From: an uncultured Chthoniobacterales bacterium
GTDB lineage: Bacteria > Verrucomicrobiota > Verrucomicrobiia > Chthoniobacterales > CALDSX01
DNA length: 58,455 nucleotides
Direction: 5' to 3'
Assembly: GCA_964652295.1 (NCBI GenBank)
Contig: CAZZCL010000007.1
Coordinates: forward strand, 1-58,455
Part shown: positions 17,501 to 24,128 of the stretch, piece by piece
Layout of the letters: each line of letters opens with the position of its first letter
Numbering within the stretch: position 1 is the stretch's first letter
Made by a program: the position numbers and the translations under genes
The notes under the pieces: generated by a model
Database searches by the model: none
Told to the model about the DNA's origin: nothing
What the model saw: only the letters and a program-made list of their open reading frames with translations

Positions 17501-19179
17501 CCGGCACCAGCGGGTTTCCACTTCTCACATTCAAGGATGTCGACGGTCCTTACAAAGGGGTTAGCCAACTCATGGTTCGCAATGCCCGCCGAGCCCAGTC
17601 GGAGATCCTCTCGCTGGGTCAGTTTCAACAGGTCAACCTTTCCCGGTACCACTGGCAGCCGGCCTTTCCCATCGGCAACTCCTGGGCTGCGCCTTACACC
17701 GATCGCGAGGCTATCGCGGGTTTGCATTCGCGCCCCGTCGGCACCGACAAGAATCCGGCCCCCACCGGAATCCAGGCCAGCTCCGATTACCCGGCGGCGG
17801 GCTACCGATCCAACAACGCCGACCAGCAAATGGTGAAGATATCTTCACCCAACGGAACGGCTTGGCGTCTCATCAACACACCCGGCAATACGCTCATGGA
17901 TTTGAGCTATTTGCTGAACGAGAATCTTTGGGATCGCTACTTTCTCTCCACCATAGTCGGAACGCCAAATTTTAGCGACCCACTTCCCAACAGCCGTCTG
18001 AGATTTACCTCCGATGCAGCCACGGCGGCTGGCTCAGATGTGACTGGAAGCGAGACCGCTGCCGCATATCTGGAGAATTGGGGTGCCCTCAATGTGAATT
18101 CGACTTCGGTCGAAGCATGGAAAGCCCTGCTCACCGCATTCCGTGACTTGAAATTGGCGACGGGTGGCAGCGCAAATCCCGCCGAAACCGTCCCCGTCAG
18201 CCGCACCCTCGATCCCACCGGGGCCGCCATCGACTTTGCTTTCGATAATTCACTCAACCCCACGATCGACTCGAACCACATCGGCTCACTCGCCTCGGAC
18301 AAGGATTACTCACAGGTGATGAATGGCTTTCGCTACCTCACCGATGGGATGATCCAAGTGCTCGCCGAACGCATCGTGGACGAGGTGCGTCTCCGGGGGC
18401 CATTCCTCTCCCTCGCCGATTTTGTAAACCGCCGACTCGTCGCACCGCAGGGCTCGCGCACCCCCGGCTCCGATTGGTTTCTCGCCCGCACGGTGGGCGG
18501 GCCGGATGCGGTGTGGGATAATGACAACCACCCGGACTATATGAAGCCTTCCTACGATCCCTGCATTGGGCTTCAAGGGCTTTCCGGTTCCATTCAACGA
18601 GCCATCCAAACCTCCGGCATCAATGGGGGGGTGAATGATCCCCGCCTCGGCGCGGACGGTAACGGAGTCGGTTCCGATTTGGACATGATTTATACGATTC
18701 GGATCCGCGATGGCGGTGATGCTGATGACTCCACGACCAGCTACAGTTCCAACGGCATCGGAAAAGCTGCCAACGCTCAACCCGGCAATTCCGTGGAAAG
18801 CAAGCACTTCCGCCACACCCAGGAACCCGCCATGCGAAGCCACCTCGACAGCGAACATGTGGCGGGAGCGCCCGTCGGGGAAGCGGGCCAGCTCTTCGAT
18901 GGGGCCCCCGGCTTCGTGACACAGGGAGACCTCCTCGCGATGATCGGGCCAGCCTTGAACGCGCGGGGCGACACCTTTCTGGTCCGTAGCTACGGCGACG
19001 CTTTGGACTCGCAGGGCCGGGTGCTGGCCCGGGCCTATCTGGAGGCTGTCGTCCAGCGACTTGCGGCACCGGTGCAGCCTGCCGGTTCCGCAGGTCAAGA
19101 CCGCTGGCGCTACACCGACAAATTCGGACGCCGTTTCGAAGTCGTGAAGTTCCGTTGGATCAACCCGGAGGATTTGTAA
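14581..19179 (+). CDS. Giant (1532 aa) GspK/PilX-like pseudopilin; resembles my recollection of 'Verru_Chthon cassette protein A'
   Basis: The N-terminus MFPRILEKRLPLSRSSRLPGPLDVSPFRQG|FTLVAVLAILALLMVLILSIS is a prepilin-like class III signal that lacks Glu at +5, as in GspK. It is followed by a PilX_N-like helix, ARNNAIIGLQTAIGQLQ. The C-terminus GDTFLVRSYGDALDSQGRVLARAYLEAVVQR resembles the closing strands of GspK/PilX. Internal Ca-loop-like motifs are DENGDGDPANDW (16357-16392) and GDADGDGVLND (17068-17100). Confidence 0.7.
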   Translation: MFPRILEKRLPLSRSSRLPGPLDVSPFRQGFTLVAVLAILALLMVLILSISAVTRVETRASASAKNLLIARNNAIIGLQTAIGQLQLYAGKDQAVTFPATTFYPTKDINLPAASYPAQGRGELFDDGTFGYRQFAQTSNQRSYLDQVETYLTPNERENWDTALQVYWNANKHPHWVGVMDSSLRVDRARDPNAQPGVLPPQRYELLGNNTKFGEPKRDQIPVWLVSGNERFLIDQESGQVTGADGSVVATNEYPVDYQTPLTDIPNPAPDNNAVWLVGEGSATVASDSSDGLDGRVKVRKQEIKPDAQSTTRPIGHYAYWIGDESTKANFAARDPYTNASPGSVEYRNRLQSPQRIGWENITGFDSATFNANDARLLNVSSSRDIALLEATNTEEIQDAAQGNFHHLTAHSKSLLTDAVLGGLKSDLTRFLAGGAGPSQTDPIADPARYTVSDARFRAWGGSNDGFPNTGATALDGIPTWGQVKDWYDRAAAGTGGSISPDPDAGIGPVLTYLMFNAGWSYHEASRRIRWHWMPCLVLWNPFDVPLVPATYEIELEFSPELEKGFVVKENPSLAELQLQAGADWRPDPSPATDENGDGDPANDWLFKNRAGNDQVRRNPANADTTNITPELEVADGDLADGVTDAFGHLYYRLANPGDPDIHVSYHNPPGPSGALGPTGSRATATRLVPHHDATNSGSKRPIKRTMQFQLTSGFSAGEALVFSLPAQQQWTKGAPIPLVNDYVANDPKDMWFDVLEVVNGPASAEADGLKWMFYSGATGFSNPKVTITVAGHAVPLFETEAFGDVGSKNPWDDHALGEDYHNWRDANKTGDADGDGVLNDPQLGGGEPMPKFLQNWRPLYDFSNFAANVVTDSGRATQASNWGFSRTWIQPLTGETGGSIQERNLHRFAPVMSRSNFAASYQDLHPLVEAFRNRNDDSNYNHLGQEDGLSQFFNTRFSGGSGDKYVQWDEEQTAGTSGFPLLTFKDVDGPYKGVSQLMVRNARRAQSEILSLGQFQQVNLSRYHWQPAFPIGNSWAAPYTDREAIAGLHSRPVGTDKNPAPTGIQASSDYPAAGYRSNNADQQMVKISSPNGTAWRLINTPGNTLMDLSYLLNENLWDRYFLSTIVGTPNFSDPLPNSRLRFTSDAATAAGSDVTGSETAAAYLENWGALNVNSTSVEAWKALLTAFRDLKLATGGSANPAETVPVSRTLDPTGAAIDFAFDNSLNPTIDSNHIGSLASDKDYSQVMNGFRYLTDGMIQVLAERIVDEVRLRGPFLSLADFVNRRLVAPQGSRTPGSDWFLARTVGGPDAVWDNDNHPDYMKPSYDPCIGLQGLSGSIQRAIQTSGINGGVNDPRLGADGNGVGSDLDMIYTIRIRDGGDADDSTTSYSSNGIGKAANAQPGNSVESKHFRHTQEPAMRSHLDSEHVAGAPVGEAGQLFDGAPGFVTQGDLLAMIGPALNARGDTFLVRSYGDALDSQGRVLARAYLEAVVQRLAAPVQPAGSAGQDRWRYTDKFGRRFEVVKFRWINPEDL

Positions 19180-19202
19180 ACGGAATCAAACCAAATACTG
19201 CG

Positions 19203-20030
19203 ATGCTGACCAGAAATCAGATCAATATCAGTAGCGGCGGATCAACCCTCCTCCGGCTTGCCATCATCCTTTCCCTCGCCTGGAGCCTTTCAATAACGGG
19301 AGCGCTCGCCGAGGCGCCTGTCGTCGAGTTGTCGGCCGCTTCCATCAGGGTTAAGGACCTTCCCCCCCTCTTCTATCTGGAGGTGAGCCAAGACGCAGCC
19401 GGACGCGAGCAGCGGAGGTTTTCTCCTCTTGACGTCTCCAGTTGTAAGCGAGGAGCCCTCGTAAGCCTGCCCTCTCAACGCCCGATTCAAATCTATACAA
19501 AGCACTCCAATACCGAAGGCAGCAATCCTATGAAACCCTTTCTCGACGTGCCTGCGAATGCGACAGCAACCCGGCTGTTGCTCGTCTTTTATTTGGACGA
19601 GCAAGGCAGGACGAAAACCACCTTCCTTGACGACTCAATCGACGCGCATCCACCGGGCACTGTGCGCATGGTTAATTTCAGTTCTCAGAGAATCGCTTTC
19701 ACAGTTGGCGGAGAGCCGATTCTCGTTCCGCCGGACGGAGATGCTGTTGCGCGTCGCGCTGCCGATGCGGACAACCGATTTACATTCAAATACTTTGCCG
19801 AAACCAAAAGAGGCAAAACCTACGAGTCACCCGAGAAGAACTTGGCTTTTCCCAAACCGGACTCCCGAATACTCTTTCTCTATTCCGCCGCACCGAAATT
19901 TTCACCAACCACGGATCCCGAGGAGTCCCCCGCGATTGTCGGCTACTCACCTGTTCTCCAGAGGATGCAGGATCGCGTCACACCACGCATGCTGGCCGGA
20001 GACATCAATAATTTCAGTTCCTCCCCATGA
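19203..20030 (+). CDS. Secreted protein of unknown function (cassette member)
   Basis: ORF 19155..20030 (TTG start) trimmed to ATG 19203. Signal peptide LLRLAIILSLAWSLSITGALAEAP. No recognisable motif. The gene sits between the K-like and H-like pseudopilin genes, and its stop overlaps the next start (ATGA). Confidence 0.55.
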   Translation: MLTRNQINISSGGSTLLRLAIILSLAWSLSITGALAEAPVVELSAASIRVKDLPPLFYLEVSQDAAGREQRRFSPLDVSSCKRGALVSLPSQRPIQIYTKHSNTEGSNPMKPFLDVPANATATRLLLVFYLDEQGRTKTTFLDDSIDAHPPGTVRMVNFSSQRIAFTVGGEPILVPPDGDAVARRAADADNRFTFKYFAETKRGKTYESPEKNLAFPKPDSRILFLYSAAPKFSPTTDPEESPAIVGYSPVLQRMQDRVTPRMLAGDINNFSSSP

Positions 20031-20668
20031 GAATCCCACATCATATATCCTCTGCCAGGAAGGGTTTTTCTCTGATCGAGTTGCTTACGGTGATCGGCAT
20101 TATCGCCATCATGAGCGGCCTTGCCATCATCGCCTCCAATAGCATTGGCCGGGGGAACTCGGTGCGTGGGGCCGTGGATCTTGCGTCGAGCCTTGTACTC
20201 GCTGCCCGAACCGAGGCGATGAGCCATGGACTGGGAGCCAAATTGGCCATCGATCATGGAACCGATCCCAACTACAAACTGCGCCGCATGGCGATCTACC
20301 GGGCCGAGGGCGATCCCGCCAACAAAGAGTGGAAGCTCGCTGGCAATGCCGTCATGCTGCCCCAAGGGGTTTATCTGGCAACCGCTAATGCGGTCGGTGC
20401 AAGCCTCGCCTTTGAAAATGGTGGTGCGGCCTTGGAAACGTTCGAGCTGACACCGGGTATTCAAACTGAGTGCGTTGTGTATGAGTTCGATGGCTCGGGT
20501 CACCTCGTCCAGCCCGGCCGCATACTCTTTGTTGCCGGCATCATGGAAAGCGATGGCACCGTCACGATCCCAGAAAGCATGCTCGACGGAATCAGAGGAT
20601 TCAAGCTGCCTGTGAACGGTCGCCCGGCGCACTTCGACTCAAAGGAACAGATTGAAAACGATGCCTGA
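20027..20668 (+). CDS. GspH/FimT-like minor pseudopilin (prepilin-type N-terminal methylation domain)
   Basis: ATGA overlap with the upstream gene. The class III signal is MRIPHHISSARKG|FSLIELLTVIGIIAIMSGLAI, with Glu at +5. It is followed by VDLASSLVLAARTEAMS, which resembles the GspH helix. Confidence 0.75.
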   Translation: MRIPHHISSARKGFSLIELLTVIGIIAIMSGLAIIASNSIGRGNSVRGAVDLASSLVLAARTEAMSHGLGAKLAIDHGTDPNYKLRRMAIYRAEGDPANKEWKLAGNAVMLPQGVYLATANAVGASLAFENGGAALETFELTPGIQTECVVYEFDGSGHLVQPGRILFVAGIMESDGTVTIPESMLDGIRGFKLPVNGRPAHFDSKEQIENDA

Positions 20669-21278
20669 AACAACCGTCTCCTTGACTGAACCGCGCCATT
20701 TCGGAGGGGTGTCCCCTGTCGGGCGCGACTCCTTTGGATTCTCGCTCATTGAGGTGGTTCTTGCTATTGGAATCGTCTCTTTCGGCCTGCTCGCTCTCCT
20801 CGGGGTCTTTGGAGGGATGCTGGGCAACGCAGGTCAAAATTTCGACCGCCGTGCCTTGAGCGAGTCCGTCGATGCACTCCGCACCGATCTCAACAATAAC
20901 TTCGGCTTCGATGAGGTTTTCGATTGGATTAAAGACGGAGACCCCAAGGACCTTGTGTATCTGACTTATCGAAACGATCCGGCCAGCGGCAGCACCGAGC
21001 CCGCCACCGAAGGCGATCGGGTGCTTGGCAAGTGGTTCGATGATCCTGCGGACGCATCTCTGATCACCGACTATGAACCAGCCCGTGAGGGTCGCTGGTT
21101 GCGGGCGCGTCTGAGCCTCGCCCCGCAGAATGTGCCCGCAACAATTAGCGGGTCGGACCCGACCGACTACCCTTCTGCCCTTCTTCTTTTGAAGGTCGAA
21201 CTTGGAGCAGTTCCCCAACCAAGCGAGGAGTGGCCCGACGGCCCGGCGCTGACAACCATCATCGGAGTCCTGCGATGA
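20661..21278 (+). CDS. GspI-like minor pseudopilin
   Basis: ATG 20661 overlaps the upstream stop by 8 nt. A 26-aa leader ends ...GRDSFG|FSLIEVVLAIGIVSFGLLALLGVF. The protein is small, about 205 aa. Confidence 0.7.
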   Translation: MPETTVSLTEPRHFGGVSPVGRDSFGFSLIEVVLAIGIVSFGLLALLGVFGGMLGNAGQNFDRRALSESVDALRTDLNNNFGFDEVFDWIKDGDPKDLVYLTYRNDPASGSTEPATEGDRVLGKWFDDPADASLITDYEPAREGRWLRARLSLAPQNVPATISGSDPTDYPSALLLLKVELGAVPQPSEEWPDGPALTTIIGVLR

Positions 21279-22153
21279 TTACTAGCCACGACGCCACCAG
21301 TGGATCGAAGGGGACTGCCTCGAATCAGTTTGATCGCCCGGCACATTCCACGGCGGCGTTTACGCTGATCGAATTATTGGTGGCCAGCGCCGTCTCTCTG
21401 CTTCTTGTGGCGGTCTTGCTCAACGCGACATCCAGTGTGCTTTCCGTCTATCGGACCATCGGGGGGAGTATCATCCGAAATGGCGATATCTCTTTCGCCC
21501 TCGATCAGGTGATTCTCGATCTGGAAAGTTTGGTGGTCCCCTCCAGCTTGGGCGCTGAGGCATTGAGGGTGACGCCTGATACTGTTGGTGGTCTGGATTC
21601 GCAGTGGCTCACATTCCTAACGTCGGCAACCGACAAGGACAATTCTGGAACAGTACTCTTCACGGGTGCAACCCGTGCAGTCTCGTACCGCATGGCATTT
21701 CAAAATCCGGTCGATGGTGGCTCTGAGAACCCCGTTTTTGCACTTTATCGCTCGATTTCCTCTGCTCGACACGCGTTCCAGAATGCTCTGGGACAACAGG
21801 ATTTACAGACGGGGTATTGGACGCAGCTTTCAGCCAGCCCGGCGCCAACTCCACGGCACCCAACTCACACGGATAGTTTTCTGGCGGGTAATGTCGTCGG
21901 CTTCAATATTCGGTTTCTGCGCTCTGATAATGGCAATTGGACGCAACCCGCCGACACGATCACCATCGCGAGGGATGGAGTCAAAGTGAATGACGTCCAG
22001 ATACCGGGCGGCTTCGAGCGCGCTGAAGTCTCGATAACGGCACTCACCCCCGAGGGAAGCCAGCGCGTGGCCAATGGCGAATTCGCGCTTTCGGATGCTG
22101 TCTCCCGCCATAGGCGGACATCGATCCGCCAAACCGCATTTCTTGGACAATGA
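21275..22153 (+). CDS. GspJ/PulJ-like minor pseudopilin
   Basis: ATGA overlap with the upstream gene. The leader ends ...PAHSTAA|FTLIELLVASAVSLLLVAVLLN, with Ala rather than Gly at -1. FALDQVILDLESLV resembles the PulJ helix. Confidence 0.7.
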   Translation: MITSHDATSGSKGTASNQFDRPAHSTAAFTLIELLVASAVSLLLVAVLLNATSSVLSVYRTIGGSIIRNGDISFALDQVILDLESLVVPSSLGAEALRVTPDTVGGLDSQWLTFLTSATDKDNSGTVLFTGATRAVSYRMAFQNPVDGGSENPVFALYRSISSARHAFQNALGQQDLQTGYWTQLSASPAPTPRHPTHTDSFLAGNVVGFNIRFLRSDNGNWTQPADTITIARDGVKVNDVQIPGGFERAEVSITALTPEGSQRVANGEFALSDAVSRHRRTSIRQTAFLGQ

Positions 22154-22896
22154 CCCGCAATGGCCCATCCTTCAAAACATCCAACCCCCAGAACAATCGT
22201 CTCATTATGAATCAATATAGCTGGAGATTGTTACTCCCTTTCCTGTGCCTCGCAGTAGCTAGCGGGCTTTCCTTGGCTTCAACCATTGCCGATTCCCTTA
22301 GCCTGGAATTGACCGCAACCGGAAATATTCTGATCATGGGGACGAAGGCAGAGCCTTTGGAAGTCCGTCAGGATGTATCGGAAACCTCTCGGGGTTCTTG
22401 GCGACGAGCGAAGGAGCAACCCCACTTCATGCAGGCTTCCGGAGCGGAAGTGACGCGCAACTCGACATACAATTTTCCTGATGGTTCACTCGTTGATCAC
22501 ACCTTGACCGCTCGCGTCGAGGGGCGGACGGTCTTTGTAGATGCTTCATGGGATACGGACAGCACCGCCCCAGGCTTTGCGAAGTCCGATCTCTGGATTC
22601 CAGAGTCGGTCGCCGAAGACCTGATCGTCACTATCGACGGAAAGGAATGCTTCCGCGACATGGAACTGCTTGGAGGAGCTTATTCAACGCCGCAGGAAAT
22701 CGTCGGGACGCTCGCTTCCACCGGGCAGACTCTCTTCATCATGAGAGGGGAGATAGCCAAGTTCACTCCAATCCTGTCCTCCCGCCAGGCCGAACCCTGG
22801 CTTGTGTTTCGGCTTTGGTCGCTCGACAACCCAAAGGATTCGACCATCAGTGACACGACAAAGCAAAGTTGGAGTATTGATTTCCCGGAGAAATGA
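22150..22896 (+). CDS. Secreted protein of unknown function (last cassette gene)
   Basis: ATGA overlap at 22150, with an alternative ATG at 22207. Signal peptide WRLLLPFLCLAVASGLSLAS. No recognisable motif. Confidence 0.55.
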   Translation: MTRNGPSFKTSNPQNNRLIMNQYSWRLLLPFLCLAVASGLSLASTIADSLSLELTATGNILIMGTKAEPLEVRQDVSETSRGSWRRAKEQPHFMQASGAEVTRNSTYNFPDGSLVDHTLTARVEGRTVFVDASWDTDSTAPGFAKSDLWIPESVAEDLIVTIDGKECFRDMELLGGAYSTPQEIVGTLASTGQTLFIMRGEIAKFTPILSSRQAEPWLVFRLWSLDNPKDSTISDTTKQSWSIDFPEK

Positions 22897-22897
22897 T

Positions 22898-23988
22898 CCT
22901 AAATCCCGCAGTTGGCATGTCACGGTAACGCGTCTGCCAGCCAATGTGAAGGGCTGAGCGGGATATGCCAGCACAGATAACGCTCGGAGGTTTGCTGGAC
23001 ACCCAACTGCGGCGCAGTTGGGTGTCCAGCGTTGGAGTTCTTTGTAGGCTTGGCTGATAGCCGCCCACCATTTTTCTGAGATGGCCAGTTTGAGCGTTTT
23101 CTGCCGTCCGCTTTTGACCAGTTTGGCCAAGACGAGCAAGAGTTCATCACGGCTGGTCACCGCTTCGGTATGCACACCCTGTTCCTTGACCACCCCATCA
23201 TGTCCTTCATACTCTTGTAGGTTTCCCCAGCCATAAAAGCACAAGACTCTTTGAATGCAAAACAGACAAGCCAGCGCGAGCCCCGCAGGGGCACGGCTCG
23301 CGCGCAGGCGTCGAAAACCAAGGCCCGTGGCAGCCGTAACGCGGGCCGGGCACAACACACATAAGGGGATGGTGGCTGCCATGTCCGGGCTTTTCCGGGT
23401 TGTAGCCGACTTTCACCTCCTCCTGGTACCCGTAACGCGTGTTGACCGTTGAGTCCCAGCCCGCAATGAACTGCGGCGGCAGTGCCACGTAAAGATCTCG
23501 CTCGCTGGCAGCCATCCATGAGCGCGTTTTCTGCCGATCAGCCCGGCTCATCATCTGCACGAAAGCATCCTCCCTACACATCTGGCCCCGCTTGAGCCCG
23601 AGGATCGCCGCAGCGGCTCGATCGTCCTGAAGCCGTCTCATGTTGGGCAAATCGCTTGCCACCCATCAGTGCGTTGACCATGAAGGCGTGCAAAACGTCG
23701 CGCGCCGGCGTTGCGTTGGGACTCGTGCGCTCAAACGGAAAACGCCGTGCTAGGTCTTCCACTATGCCCGCACGCTCCAAATAGTGACTCCATGCCGCAA
23801 GCCCTCCGTAGGGTGTCAGCCGGTCTGCGCAGGCTTCCACCCCGATACGGCCACCGCCACACTCAAATCGAAATACATTTTCGCTTTCACCCTCCGACTG
23901 AAGCCCAGCAATCTCCAAGATCCTCTCCATTGGCCCATTCTATCAGCCTGAAAGCTCCTCCAGCGACTTTTCAAATGCGGGTTATAGG
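22898..23988 (-). mobile_element. Decayed IS1380-family insertion sequence (about 1.09 kb; frameshifted and internally deleted transposase) with IRs and a 5-bp TSD
   Basis: Transposase fragments lie in three minus frames. The N-terminus (23930->23574) contains DRLTPYGGLAAW...FERTSPNA. The middle fragment (23662->~23300) contains DSTVNTRYGYQEEVKVGYNPEKPGHGSHHPL, comparable to ISEcp1 IDSSV..EGHQEGASKGYNPKK. The C-terminal fragment (~23170->~23000) contains LAKLVKSGRQKTLKLAISEKWW. The region that should encode the rest of the DDE core is absent. Terminal inverted repeats are CCTAAATCCCGCAGTTGGCATG (22898-22919) and the reverse complement of 23967-23988, CCTATAACCCGCATTTGAAAAG (16/22 identical). 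ATGAT flanks both ends (22893-22897 and 23989-23993). Confidence 0.8.
22995..23029. repeat. 35-nt perfect palindrome inside the IS, at the 3' end of the transposase reading frame
   Basis: In CTGGACACCCAACTGCG-G-CGCAGTTGGGTGTCCAG, all 17 arm positions pair around a single central G. Confidence 0.9.
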
Positions 23989-24128
23989 ATGATCGGTCAG
24001 CCGCGACCATCCTTGATGTTCCTGTCTTTTGTGGAAAGGTACTTTCTTCACTCAATACGCACAAATAAACGCCTTTCCGACGGAGCAAGCCGTTTTGTCA
24101 GCGAGTAGCCACATATCCAGTCTCTCCG

